Notes under the pieces: generated by a model | Seen by the model: only the letters and a program-made list of their open reading frames with translations | What the model was told of the DNA's origin: nothing | Databases searched by the model: none | Made by a program: the position numbers and the translations under genes | Shown here: piece by piece, positions 9,472 to 19,416 of the stretch | Numbering within the stretch: position 1 is the stretch's first letter | Layout of the letters: the number at the start of each line of letters is the position of its first letter | DNA from: Candidatus Omnitrophota bacterium | GTDB lineage: Bacteria; Omnitrophota; Gorgyraeia; Gygaellales; Profunditerraquicolaceae | DNA length: 64,000 nt | NCBI GenBank assembly: GCA_026387355.1 | Contig: JAPLLW010000007.1 | Coordinates: 106,198-170,197 of the forward strand | Direction: 5' to 3'

Positions 9472-10897
9472 CCCCTAGCCTCGTTTTTAATAATTCTTGC
9501 ACTATCTTAGGATTAGTCTTTCCGCCGCTTTTGCGCATAACTTGACCAACCAAAAACATTAGCGCATTGGATTTTCCAGCTTTGTAGTCTAAAACCGATT
9601 TAGCATTTTCTTTTATGACCTCTTCCATAATATTTTTAATTGCACCTGAATCTGATACTTGAATCAGATTCTTTTCCCTAATGATTTCTTCTGGTGATTT
9701 TGCGCTATCAAGAACCTCGGTTAAAACAGCCTTAGCGGATAAATGCGAGATTTCTTCTCGTTCAACAAAGGTAACTAATGAAAGTAAGTTTTCTATAGAG
9801 ATACCTAAATCTGCCAGAGCCTTTGCGCGATTATTTGCCTCAGATAATAACGGTCCAATAAACCAGTTAACGATTGCCTTCTTATCTTTGTTGGGGTAAG
9901 CTTTTATGCACTCTTCCGCAAAAAAAGCATCCCTCTTAGAAGCTACCAAAACTTTTGAGTCGTATTCAGAGATACCATAATCGCTAATAAAACGCTGCAT
10001 CTTTTCTTTCGGCAACTCAGGTATACTAGCTTTTATTTCGCTGATCTTGTCTACTTTAATAATAAACGGCGGAAGGTCTGGCTCAGGGAAATAGCGGTAA
10101 TCCTTAGCGCCTTCTTTGGTACGCATAGTAAACGTTTTTGAAGCCTTAGGGTCCCAGAGCCTGGTTTCTTGAGTTAGGGCTTCATTTAAATCTAATAAGG
10201 CGCTTTGACGTTGGATCTCGTAATTTAGTGCATCCTTAACTCCCTTAAAGGAGTTCATATTCTTTAATTCGGTTTTAACCCCTAAGTTCTTACTCCCTAT
10301 TGGTCTTAGTGATATATTGGCATCGCAACGAAGCGTTCCTTTTTCCATATCGCAATCTGAAACATCAAGGTATTCAAGTATGTTTTTCAACGTCGATAGA
10401 TAGTCGTGGCTTTCTTGCGCAGAACTGATATCCGGTTCGCTTACAATCTCTAATAAAGGTATTCCTGTGCGGTTAAAATCTATAAGACTTAAATCATCCT
10501 GGTGAATAAGTTTTCCCGCATCTTCTTCTATATGCACGCGAGTAATCCCAATGCGTTTTTCTATGCCTTCAGAAACTATATCAATAAATCCATTGCTGGA
10601 TAATGGCAAATCAAACTGAGATATTTGATAATTTTTAGGCAAATCAGGATAAAAATAATTCTTGCGGTCAAATTTAGTATATTCTTGAACTTTGCAGTTT
10701 AAGGCCAGGGCTACTTTTATAGCGTAGTCGAGAACAGTTTTATTAAATACCGGTAAAGACCCCGGAAAACCTAAGCAAACAGGGCAGACCTGTGTGTTAG
10801 GCTCTTTTCCAAATTCTGTTGAACAGGCGCAAAAAGCTTTAGTTTTGGTCTTTAGTTGTAGATGAACCTCTAATCCTATAACAACTTCGTAACTCAT
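9464..10897 (-). CDS. gatB: Asp/Glu-tRNA amidotransferase subunit B
   Basis: [36 protein letters not shown]. Confidence 0.97.
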   Translation of the reverse strand: MSYEVVIGLEVHLQLKTKTKAFCACSTEFGKEPNTQVCPVCLGFPGSLPVFNKTVLDYAIKVALALNCKVQEYTKFDRKNYFYPDLPKNYQISQFDLPLSSNGFIDIVSEGIEKRIGITRVHIEEDAGKLIHQDDLSLIDFNRTGIPLLEIVSEPDISSAQESHDYLSTLKNILEYLDVSDCDMEKGTLRCDANISLRPIGSKNLGVKTELKNMNSFKGVKDALNYEIQRQSALLDLNEALTQETRLWDPKASKTFTMRTKEGAKDYRYFPEPDLPPFIIKVDKISEIKASIPELPKEKMQRFISDYGISEYDSKVLVASKRDAFFAEECIKAYPNKDKKAIVNWFIGPLLSEANNRAKALADLGISIENLLSLVTFVEREEISHLSAKAVLTEVLDSAKSPEEIIREKNLIQVSDSGAIKNIMEEVIKENAKSVLDYKAGKSNALMFLVGQVMRKSGGKTNPKIVQELLKTRLGDA

Positions 10898-12306
10898 AGT
10901 TTTGGTTTCATTTTATGCCACTCTGTATTTTGTTCATAAGTATAGGCGACACGAAAAAGCATCTCTTCATCAAGGTGTTTACCTAAGACTTGCAACCCAA
11001 CAGGTAAGCCTTTTTTGGTAAAACCGCAAGGGAGGGATATTGCCGGTATCCCCGCTAAATTAGCTGAAATAGTATAGATATCAGAGAGGTACATTTTAAG
11101 CGGGTCATCTGTTTTTTCTCCGATTTCAAAGGCTGCAGTCGGAGATGTAGGAGTAATGATACAATCAAAATCTTTAAATACATTATCAAAATCCTGCTTT
11201 ATCAGTGTGCGTACCTTTAATGCCTTAAGATAATAGGCATCATAGTAACCATGGGATAAGGCAAAGGTTCCTAAAAGAATCCTGCGTTTTACCTCTTCAC
11301 CGAAGCCTTGCGCGCGAGTCTTTTTATACATTTCAATTAAATTAGAGGAATCAGCCCTAAATCCGTATTGTACACCGTCAAATCTGGCTAAATTTGAACT
11401 GGCTTCGGCAGTAGCAATAATATAATAGACAGGGACCGCGTATTCAGTGTGCGGTAGCGATACTTCTTTAAATTGGGCGCCTAGATTTTTGAGTTTTTCT
11501 ATAGACTCTTCTGCAACTTTTTTAACTTCTGGGTCAAGCCCCTCCACAAAATATTCTTTCGGAATGCCAATCTTAAGTGAATGCACGTCGTTAATTAAAG
11601 ACTTAGTAAAATCAGGAATTGCGCAATTTATCGAGGTTGAATCATTTGCGTCATGTCCTGAGATTATGTTTGTAAGTAAGGCTGCATCACGGACATCCTT
11701 TGTTAATGGGCCGATTTGGTCAAGGCTTGAGGCAAAGGCAATTAAACCAAAGCGCGAAACCCGGCCATATGTAGGCTTAAGCCCGACTATTCCGCAAAAA
11801 CTTGCTGGTTGCCTGATTGAGCCGCCTGTATCTGAGCCCAGAGCCCAAATTGCTTCGTCAGCTGCTACGGAAGCCGCGCTTCCTCCGGAAGAGCCTCCCG
11901 GTACGCAATTTAGATTCCAGGGGTTATGCGTGGGACCAAAATGTGAGTTTTCAGTAGATGAGCCAAAGGCGAACTCATCCATATTAAGTTTTAATCCAAG
12001 AAAAGAATGTCCCGCGGCTTTTATTTTTTCAATTACCGTTGCATTATACGGTGGTTTAAAACCTTCGAGTACCTTAGAGCAGCATTCAGTATTGTAGCCA
12101 TCAGTACAAATATTATCTTTAATAGACACTGGGATTCCAGCGATATGCGTTGGGTCAATAAGCTCATCAGATCTGACATAAGCCTTTACTTGCGCATCTT
12201 TCTCTTTTATGCGCTTATGCAAAGATGCAACGATGTCTTGAGGAGTGGTTTCTTTATTATTAATCTTCTGGATAAGCTCGTGAGCAGTTAGGTTATTTAA
12301 TTCCAT
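10894..12306 (-). CDS. gatA: Asp/Glu-tRNA amidotransferase subunit A
   Basis: Amidase signature [27 protein letters not shown]. Confidence 0.97.
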   Translation of the reverse strand: MELNNLTAHELIQKINNKETTPQDIVASLHKRIKEKDAQVKAYVRSDELIDPTHIAGIPVSIKDNICTDGYNTECCSKVLEGFKPPYNATVIEKIKAAGHSFLGLKLNMDEFAFGSSTENSHFGPTHNPWNLNCVPGGSSGGSAASVAADEAIWALGSDTGGSIRQPASFCGIVGLKPTYGRVSRFGLIAFASSLDQIGPLTKDVRDAALLTNIISGHDANDSTSINCAIPDFTKSLINDVHSLKIGIPKEYFVEGLDPEVKKVAEESIEKLKNLGAQFKEVSLPHTEYAVPVYYIIATAEASSNLARFDGVQYGFRADSSNLIEMYKKTRAQGFGEEVKRRILLGTFALSHGYYDAYYLKALKVRTLIKQDFDNVFKDFDCIITPTSPTAAFEIGEKTDDPLKMYLSDIYTISANLAGIPAISLPCGFTKKGLPVGLQVLGKHLDEEMLFRVAYTYEQNTEWHKMKPKL

Positions 12307-12309
12307 GGA

Positions 12310-12597
12310 TTACTCGATTATTTTGGGTACTACAAAGAAATTATTCTTTTTGCTGGGAGCATTCAATAATGCCTTCTCAACCGGAATAGACACCTTTGGA
12401 GTATCTTCCCTTAATACATTATTAATAGGTAGAATATGGCTGGTTGGGTGGGTCTTTTCAATATCTAGAGAGCTTAATTTATCAATGAATCCTAGGATAT
12501 GCTCCAGCTGTTTGGATAATCTTGATAACTCAAGCTCCCCTAATTCAATGCGCGCCAAATGCGCTACATGTTCAACAATTTGCTTGTCTATGCTCAT
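12310..12597 (-). CDS. gatC: Asp/Glu-tRNA amidotransferase subunit C
   Basis: VAHLARI..LRED..NAP..FFVVPKI; upstream of gatA. Confidence 0.95.
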   Translation of the reverse strand: MSIDKQIVEHVAHLARIELGELELSRLSKQLEHILGFIDKLSSLDIEKTHPTSHILPINNVLREDTPKVSIPVEKALLNAPSKKNNFFVVPKIIE

Positions 12598-12621
12598 AAC
12601 TCCCTCGTATTTTAAGTGTTT

Positions 12622-12650
12622 ATGATAACATTCTTTGCACTAAAAGTCAA
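12622..12650 (-). promoter_or_regulatory. Putative sigma70 promoter of the gatC operon
   Basis: TTGACT-17nt-TATCAT with extended TG; GGGAG SD before gatC. Confidence 0.6.
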
Positions 12651-12681
12651 ACATAATGAAGCGGGGTGTTCCTAATTTTTG

Positions 12682-12709
12682 TGGACAAAAGCTTTTAATA
12701 AGGTATAAT
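12682..12709 (+). promoter_or_regulatory. Putative sigma70 promoter of the GH161 gene (likely leaderless)
   Basis: TGGACA-16nt-TATAAT ending 8 nt before ATG 12718; no SD. Confidence 0.6.
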
Positions 12710-12717
12710 ATTTTACT

Positions 12718-15700
12718 ATGAATGTAACCAACAAGAAACCAAAATACTATTTAAATGCGCAAGGCGAGTTTGTTATAGAGAATTATAACTACTCCAAACC
12801 ATTCTCAAATTTTTTCCCGGGGATAGCCGGTAAATACGGCATCCCTATGTGGACTTTTTATGTTAATCGTGCTCAAGGAATTTCAAGTTTTGGGATTAAG
12901 AACAAAGATCACGCAATACTGGAGTTTTTTCCGGCAAATAAGGCTTGGGAATTTGTTTCAACTCACGGTTTTCGCACCTTTCTTAAGGTTACTTCAAACA
13001 AAAGAACTATATTTTATGAACCTTTTCATAATGGGTTCTCGAATCTGGAATTTAACCTCTCTAACAAAATGCTTATTTCTCCTTGGGGCCTATCTTTGGA
13101 GGAGCTTAACTTATCTTTAGGGTTAAAAGTAAGAGTCGAATATTTTAATATACCTAATGATAACTTTGGTGCCTTGGCACGAAATCTAACTATTGAAAAT
13201 ACCGCAAAATCAACTAAAACAATCGAGCTTATCGACGGTTTCCCGCAAATAGTTCCGTATGGTACAAACAATTTCTGCCTTAAAGAGATGTCTCGTACCA
13301 TTGAAGCATGGATGAACACCGAGAATTTAGAGAATAATGCGCCTTTTTATCGTCTTACAGTTGATCCAACTGACAGGCCAGAAGTAGTCCATATCGATGA
13401 AGGTAATTTTTACCTGGGATTTACTCGTGATGATGACAGGGTAAAGCTGGCAAAACCAATCGCAAACCCCGAGTATGTATTCGGGCCGGTTACAGATTTT
13501 TCATGTCCGAGTAATTTTCTAAAGAAAAATAAATTTGTTTTTCCTGCGAACGGGACTGCTAGAAGCAAAACTCCCTGCGCATTCAGTTATCTTAATTTTA
13601 AGCTGAAGAGTTCAAAACATAAAACACTTTACTCGTTAAGCGGTTATATGCGTAGCCTTAAGGCCTTGAATAAAGCTATTCCTAGAATTACAGCTATTGG
13701 TTATTTTGAGAAAAAACAAGCCGAAAATAGGCAAGTTATAGAAGAATTAACTGCTAATGCCACTACTCATTCCAGTTCTAGAGAGTTTGATCTTTACTCT
13801 AAGCAAACATATCTGGATAATCTTTTGCGCGGAGGCTTTCCTTTAACCTTTGACTCCGGGACAACCTTTTACCTCTATTCGCGCAAACACGGTGATCCAG
13901 AGCGCGATTATAACAAATTTCAGCTTAGCCCTACTTATCTTTCCCAAGGAAACGGTAACTATCGAGATCTGAACCAAAATCGCAGGTCCGATATATGGTT
14001 CAATCCTGAGATAAAGGATGAAAATGTACTCAGCCTATTTAATCTTATCCAATTGGATGGTTTTAATCCCCTCGTAGTAAAAGGAATGAGTTTCGTACTT
14101 AAAGATACATCTTTAATTAAAGATAGTTTTAAAGATGTTTTATCGGAAAAGGATTTAGAAAAAATTATTGCTTATACAAGAAAATCTTTTTGTCCAGGGG
14201 ACCTTATACTCTTTTTGGAAGATAGTAATGTTAAGCTTAAATGCACTTATGATGAATTTTTAAATACCTTGCTTTCTGCTTCAACAAAGTTTAATGAAGC
14301 CGAGCATGGCGAAGGATTTTGGACCGATCACTGGCATTATAACCTCGACCTTCTAAATAGTTATCTTAGCGTATACCCTGATAAACTAAATGAAGTCGTT
14401 TTTGAAAAAAACACTTTTACATTTTTTGATAATATCGAAGTAGTTAAACCAAGAGCTGAGAAATACCTACTCTATAACGGAATCCCCCGGCAATTGCACG
14501 CAGTCACCTTAGATTCAAAGAAGAAGGAGTTATTGCATAAGAGGCATGAATCAAGCCATATTGTTCGAACAGAATATGGAGTAGGTAAAGTTTACGAAAC
14601 AACTCTTATCAATAAATTGCTCTGTCTTCTTGCTAATAAATTTGCTTCACTTGATGCGTTTGGGGTTGGTATTGAGATGGAGTCTGATAAGCCGAATTGG
14701 TTTGATTCTTTAAATGGTTTACCCGCTCTCTTTGGCTCTTCTCTCTGTGAAACCTTTGAATTAAAACGTCTGGCTCTTTTTATAAAAGATGCGCTACAAA
14801 AAACTGGCAAGAGCAGTGTACTTGTTACTGAAGAGGTACAAGCTTTATTAAGTTGCTTAGACCAACTTACCCTTGAATATTTCGATGGCGCTATTAATGA
14901 CTACGCCTGGTGGGATAAAACGCATTCGGCTAAAGAAGATTATCGATTAAAGGTACGCCTTGGGGTAAGCGGAGATGAATTAGAAGTTGCTTCTTCTGAA
15001 ATTATAAAAATTATTGATGCAATTCTTAAAAAGATTAATCCCAGTATTCTTAAGGCCTGTAATGAAAAAGATAATCTCTATTGCGGTTATTTTATAAACA
15101 AGGTTATTGATTATCAAAAAGCCGGAGAACATTTTATAAAACCTACTAAATTTGAACAAGTAAAGCTCCCCTTGTTTCTGGAGCCTCAGGTGCATGCCCT
15201 GCGCTTAATGGAAACCCAAGATTCGGCTAAGCTTTTATACCAGGGGATAAAAAAGAGCCGACTTTTTGATAAGAAACTTATGATGTACAAGGTGACCGAG
15301 GCGTTAGAGACAATGCCTGAAGAGATTGGCAGGTGCCGCATATTCTCACCCGGATGGCTAGAGAATGAATCCGTGTGGCTGCATATGGAATATAAGTATC
15401 TTCTTGAGCTTCTAAAAGCCGGGCTCTATGAAGAATTCTACACAGATTTTAAGTTGGTTCTGGTGCCTTTTCTTAATCCACAAAGATACGGTCGCAGCAT
15501 TCTAGAAAATACCTCTTTTATTGTAAGCAGTGCTTTTAGCAATTCCAAACTACATGGTAATGGTTTTGTAGCCAGACTCTCTGGTTCAACTGCGGAATTC
15601 CTAGAAATTTGGCTAACTATGAACGTAGGAACCAAGCCATTCTCTTTAGATAGAAATGGCAATTTAAATCTTAAATTTAGCCCGAAATTAGCGGGTTGGT

Positions 15701-15930
15701 TATTTGATAAGAAAGGTAACTATGGCTTTAATTTCTTAAGCAAGATTAAGATAACCTATCATAACCCTAAAAGAAAAAATACCTTTGGCAGCAATGCCGC
15801 GCAAATTGAAAAAATAATTTTTCAGAATGAAGAAAACCTAGTAGAGATTACCGCTGAAATTATTCCTGCACCATACGCTCAAAAAATAAGATCTCGCCAG
15901 ATAAACAAAATAGATATTTACCTAAAATAG
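12718..15930 (+). CDS. Glycoside phosphorylase, GH161-like (beta-1,3-glucan phosphorylase; often annotated cellobiose phosphorylase)
   Basis: 1070 aa; FFPGIAGKYGIPMWTFYVNR.QGISSFG, SRKHGD.ERDYN.F, SQGNGNYRD.NQNRR, KPNWFDSLNGLP, GWLENESVWLHMEYKY, RLSGSTAEF as recalled for GH161. Confidence 0.8.
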   Translation: MNVTNKKPKYYLNAQGEFVIENYNYSKPFSNFFPGIAGKYGIPMWTFYVNRAQGISSFGIKNKDHAILEFFPANKAWEFVSTHGFRTFLKVTSNKRTIFYEPFHNGFSNLEFNLSNKMLISPWGLSLEELNLSLGLKVRVEYFNIPNDNFGALARNLTIENTAKSTKTIELIDGFPQIVPYGTNNFCLKEMSRTIEAWMNTENLENNAPFYRLTVDPTDRPEVVHIDEGNFYLGFTRDDDRVKLAKPIANPEYVFGPVTDFSCPSNFLKKNKFVFPANGTARSKTPCAFSYLNFKLKSSKHKTLYSLSGYMRSLKALNKAIPRITAIGYFEKKQAENRQVIEELTANATTHSSSREFDLYSKQTYLDNLLRGGFPLTFDSGTTFYLYSRKHGDPERDYNKFQLSPTYLSQGNGNYRDLNQNRRSDIWFNPEIKDENVLSLFNLIQLDGFNPLVVKGMSFVLKDTSLIKDSFKDVLSEKDLEKIIAYTRKSFCPGDLILFLEDSNVKLKCTYDEFLNTLLSASTKFNEAEHGEGFWTDHWHYNLDLLNSYLSVYPDKLNEVVFEKNTFTFFDNIEVVKPRAEKYLLYNGIPRQLHAVTLDSKKKELLHKRHESSHIVRTEYGVGKVYETTLINKLLCLLANKFASLDAFGVGIEMESDKPNWFDSLNGLPALFGSSLCETFELKRLALFIKDALQKTGKSSVLVTEEVQALLSCLDQLTLEYFDGAINDYAWWDKTHSAKEDYRLKVRLGVSGDELEVASSEIIKIIDAILKKINPSILKACNEKDNLYCGYFINKVIDYQKAGEHFIKPTKFEQVKLPLFLEPQVHALRLMETQDSAKLLYQGIKKSRLFDKKLMMYKVTEALETMPEEIGRCRIFSPGWLENESVWLHMEYKYLLELLKAGLYEEFYTDFKLVLVPFLNPQRYGRSILENTSFIVSSAFSNSKLHGNGFVARLSGSTAEFLEIWLTMNVGTKPFSLDRNGNLNLKFSPKLAGWLFDKKGNYGFNFLSKIKITYHNPKRKNTFGSNAAQIEKIIFQNEENLVEITAEIIPAPYAQKIRSRQINKIDIYLK

Positions 15931-15986
15931 GCACTACTTAAGCCTCTCCTATCTACTAACTACTAGCTACTGTTTTATTGTTGTTT

Positions 15987-18248
15987 TTAGAATCTGCGGC
16001 GGTAATAAGCGCGGACGATATGCTGCGTGTCAATTGTAAGGTTGCTTCCACCGTACGGATCCAGCGTCATATTTCCTATCTGACTGGAATTGCCTTCTCC
16101 ATACTGTAGGATAAGCTCGTCATCTTTACTGGGGAAGTACCTGAATTCACCGAAAAAATTGTTGTGTCCTGTTATATTCGTATAGCCTAGTGCCAAGCGA
16201 TTAGGATCTCTCCAGCGCGAGTAGACGTATTTAAAAGCCATACCAAATTTCTTAAACGGCATATAAGTGATATCCATGCCAACGTGGTTCATCCCATCTG
16301 AAACCTGTCCTGAAGATTTAAAATCATTCTGCGCATAATCCAAATAGACATTCATGTTTCTAAATGGACTAAACTCGCACCCTGCTTTAAAGACATTGTA
16401 AAATGAATATGGCGGGAGCGGAAAATACTGTTGGTTGTATAGAGATGCAAGATTATCTACATACTGGTTATCATTTTGATAATAAAAATGATCCATGGTA
16501 GTGTCATTCCGATAAACGTTTCTAGGGAAGTCTCCGTAAGCTAGGGTATAATCATTGGTACGTTCGTAGATACCATTTATACTTAGCCAATCAAAAAATT
16601 CATAATTTAAACCTACGGAACCTGTCTTAAGCGAAGGATCTTGGCCACCTACTGTAATTGAAGGATTATCCCAGAATTGGCCGGTATTGCCATCAAAAAT
16701 TGTCGGGTCTACACCAACTGTTGTCTTTGGTAATCTTTGGTAAATGCCCAAACCTTTGGCAGTTAATTTGTCCGTTATCTTTACGGCAAGCTCATCGCGC
16801 ACGACTGTTTCGATAGGCTCTCCTTTAACACTATTAACATATCGTATGTCGAAAAGATTATTAAATACATCGGCCTTACCAGCTTCTATCCTAAAACCAA
16901 AAGCATTGCGGCCAATATCAATACCATCTCCTATCCTAGTTGCATCCAACTCATCCCATTTAGTAGTCGGGCCTTCAAGTCCTGAGTAGTAATATTCAAA
17001 TGGTTTACGAAAATGAATGTGCCTTCCCCAGAAAACATCCTGGCGGGTATTGTGATAGTTGGATAGAGCAGAATCAAATCCCGTATCCATGCGCGCTCCA
17101 TACAAGCGCGCTTTAAGTAAAAACGAACCATCCTTAGGAGGCTTTATATCATCATAAGAATATTTTAAATCCATAATGCTTTCGCGTGGATACCTTGTAA
17201 CTAGAGAGAAATAATAGGCATTACCTTGTGATTTACTTTTATAAGTTTCGTTTGTGGTGTTAGAGTATGATTGTGAGGTTAAGACTTCACCTTGAGCCTT
17301 AAGGCCGTCAAATATTTCATAACCTAAATCTAAGCCCCCTACGTAATTTTGGGCATCAAGCGTCATATCGGAATCACTTGTAAAGCCTAAGCGGGCTGTA
17401 AAAGTCGCACCTAAAGATAAATTATCTAAAATATTCTGTTTAAAACGCGTAGCAGAAACAATATTATCCACAGTAGCGTAATCTTGCCAAAGGTCCTTAG
17501 GAGTAGATAAAGTAGAGGCAAAATAAGTATCTTCTGAAGGCTGCAGATTAAAGGAAAAACCCCTTAAAGCAGTTAGATACTTTCCTGTACTATCTTTAGT
17601 TAAAAAAGAATAGGTATCATCCCATTTGCCTTTAGTGAAAGCTGCACCGTGACCTGGGGTTGAGGAATGAAAAACTCCGGGAGTATATCTACGCAACCAG
17701 TAACTATCTTCCCACCATATACGGTGATTAGTTATACCTAAGGGATCATCTGAAGTAAGTGCTTGATCTTGATAGGCTATCGGGAAGAATCTGAAATTAA
17801 CTGACTCCTTATTATAATCAAACCAGAGTTCTCGAACTGGCTGGAATTGCTGTGCTATCTTCTGGCCGGGTATGTAATAACCGTTTTCAGTCAACGCTTC
17901 AGTTTTATAATTATTCACTTCCATTTCAGGTATATTAATGGTAGCGGCTGTATTCTTAGAATAGACAGTATTGTTAACAATGTGCGCTGTATTAGACCAG
18001 TATCTAAGCTCTACATCAGCTGTATCACCAGTGCCGCTATTAGCAACCGTGATATTTGTACTATTACCGGTAAAGCTCCAGGGATCTACTGTGACATTAC
18101 CATGAAAATTAAATCCTTCTTTATTAGTGGTATCAAAATTTGCGGATAAGCTATCATAAATCCTCGGGTCATAGGTATTAATCTTCTTGTTATAGACCGC
18201 AGTAGAAGTCATGCGCCAGCTTTTAAACTTTTCATTCAAATACGCCAA
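15987..18248 (-). CDS. Probable outer-membrane beta-barrel protein; possibly the C-terminal part of a split gene
   Basis: 753 aa rich in aromatic, Asn and Gly residues, amphipathic strands, ends HIVRAYYRRRF; TTG start without SD or signal peptide; overlaps the upstream TPR ORF. Confidence 0.6.
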   Translation of the reverse strand: MAYLNEKFKSWRMTSTAVYNKKINTYDPRIYDSLSANFDTTNKEGFNFHGNVTVDPWSFTGNSTNITVANSGTGDTADVELRYWSNTAHIVNNTVYSKNTAATINIPEMEVNNYKTEALTENGYYIPGQKIAQQFQPVRELWFDYNKESVNFRFFPIAYQDQALTSDDPLGITNHRIWWEDSYWLRRYTPGVFHSSTPGHGAAFTKGKWDDTYSFLTKDSTGKYLTALRGFSFNLQPSEDTYFASTLSTPKDLWQDYATVDNIVSATRFKQNILDNLSLGATFTARLGFTSDSDMTLDAQNYVGGLDLGYEIFDGLKAQGEVLTSQSYSNTTNETYKSKSQGNAYYFSLVTRYPRESIMDLKYSYDDIKPPKDGSFLLKARLYGARMDTGFDSALSNYHNTRQDVFWGRHIHFRKPFEYYYSGLEGPTTKWDELDATRIGDGIDIGRNAFGFRIEAGKADVFNNLFDIRYVNSVKGEPIETVVRDELAVKITDKLTAKGLGIYQRLPKTTVGVDPTIFDGNTGQFWDNPSITVGGQDPSLKTGSVGLNYEFFDWLSINGIYERTNDYTLAYGDFPRNVYRNDTTMDHFYYQNDNQYVDNLASLYNQQYFPLPPYSFYNVFKAGCEFSPFRNMNVYLDYAQNDFKSSGQVSDGMNHVGMDITYMPFKKFGMAFKYVYSRWRDPNRLALGYTNITGHNNFFGEFRYFPSKDDELILQYGEGNSSQIGNMTLDPYGGSNLTIDTQHIVRAYYRRRF

Positions 18249-18762
18249 AAGCTAATTGCAAATCTCCGGTAATCGCTATTGGGCCAATTTTATACTTTGC
18301 TTCTTTCGGCTTCTTGCTCAATTCTAATCGATCAAAGAAATCCGGAAAAGGTTCTTCCTTCTGGCCCAGCCTATTTAATTCCTGGTCTATTGCTTCTTCT
18401 TTGGTTAATTTCGTAGGGATAGATTTTTGTGCGGGTTGGCTAAAAGCTTCATCCTTAGGCATGGCTTCATCTATAAACATAGCTTCCTCTATAGGTTTAG
18501 CTTCATCTGCTGGCTTAGCTTCGCCCATTGATTCACTGAATATTTTATCTACGTATTTTTTTGCAGTCGGGTTGGAAGGATCTACGGTTAGTGCCTTATT
18601 AAACTCGGATAAAGCATCGTCGTATCTACCGCGATCATAGAAAGTAGTCCCTAGCTCACATAAATATTCAACGCCCATATTACCAGCGAAAGAAAACCTT
18701 GCGGATAGTGATAAAATCGGTAGGGTTAAAAGGAATGCCACGACCAGGAATTTCTTGCTCAT
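18232..18762 (-). CDS. Secreted TPR protein; possibly the N-terminal part of a split gene
   Basis: Signal peptide; TPR LGTTFYDRGRYDDALSEFNKALTVDPSN. Confidence 0.7.
   Translation of the reverse strand: MSKKFLVVAFLLTLPILSLSARFSFAGNMGVEYLCELGTTFYDRGRYDDALSEFNKALTVDPSNPTAKKYVDKIFSESMGEAKPADEAKPIEEAMFIDEAMPKDEAFSQPAQKSIPTKLTKEEAIDQELNRLGQKEEPFPDFFDRLELSKKPKEAKYKIGPIAITGDLQLAFGVFE
18445..18522. repeat. Degenerate 18-bp tandem repeat (about 4.5 units) encoding an EAxxxD/E linker
   Basis: Units AGCTTCATCCTTAGGCAT / GGCTTCATCTATAAACAT / AGCTTCCTCTATAGGTTT / AGCTTCATCTGCTGGCTT / AGCTTC. Confidence 0.7.
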
Positions 18763-18772
18763 AATTCTCTAT

Positions 18773-18800
18773 ATTATATATGAGCTAATGCACTTGTCAA
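18773..18800 (-). promoter_or_regulatory. Putative sigma70 promoter of the TPR gene
   Basis: Perfect TTGACA-16nt-TATAAT, 10 nt before ATG 18762. Confidence 0.7.
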
Positions 18801-18865
18801 TTAAATTTTTAAAAAGAATATGGTTTGATTTTATGTTACAACTTGTTAGTAATGCTGGCGTTAGG

Positions 18866-19195
18866 TTACGCTACTTGTTGCGGATTAGCAATGAGGTCTA
18901 TTCTTAGGGAGTGTACAAATATAATTAGATAGAACCTATCCTTATGCACTGCGCAGACGCTCCCCTTTATTTTGCAGAAGAACCTTTCCTTTTGTTCTTT
19001 TGTGTTATGTTCCTTTAACACATAAAGATACGGCGCTGGCTTGTCTAGTTCTTTACTCTGCACTTCTCTGATCGAGCAGATAAAATGCCGACGGATAATA
19101 CTGCGCACGCCCTGTTTATCAATAATCTCGGAGCTTGCGATTATCCTTCTTTTGTGATCGTTCGAAGTCAGATTCTTAAACAATAAGTCGCGCAT
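18866..19195 (-). CDS. Hypothetical basic protein (109 aa)
   Basis: AGGAG SD before ATG; own promoter; no recognised domain. Confidence 0.7.
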   Translation of the reverse strand: MRDLLFKNLTSNDHKRRIIASSEIIDKQGVRSIIRRHFICSIREVQSKELDKPAPYLYVLKEHNTKEQKERFFCKIKGSVCAVHKDRFYLIIFVHSLRIDLIANPQQVA

Positions 19196-19357
19196 TTTAC
19201 TACTCCTAATCTATGCCGGGCTATCTTATTAAAATTAAGTTCACTTTTGCTCTAGATAACCCGGCTACCCCTTTTTCTTACGTGGCTGGTGGGGGTATAA
19301 ATACTTTTATAAACTATTTAAGAACGAACTAAAAAAATAGTCTTTCTTATCAAGATA

Positions 19358-19386
19358 AGTATAGACTCCAGACTCTCTCCTTTCAA
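19358..19386 (-). promoter_or_regulatory. Putative sigma70 promoter with overlapping inverted repeat
   Basis: TTGAAA-17nt-TATACT; CTTATC-AA-GATAAG palindrome over the -10/TSS. Confidence 0.55.
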
Positions 19387-19416
19387 GGTTAAGAAGCCTA
19401 CAAAAGAAAGCGCTTT

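Noticed and set aside
15953-15973. CTACTAA-CTACTAG-CTACTGT heptamer run between convergent genes
   Set aside because: Only three short imperfect units with no spacers; not a CRISPR array, and no clear terminator hairpin
18232-18234. TGA recoding (Sec, Trp or Gly) to explain the split genes
   Set aside because: The downstream parts are in different frames, and TGA acts as a normal stop in ATGA overlaps such as larB/fmdE
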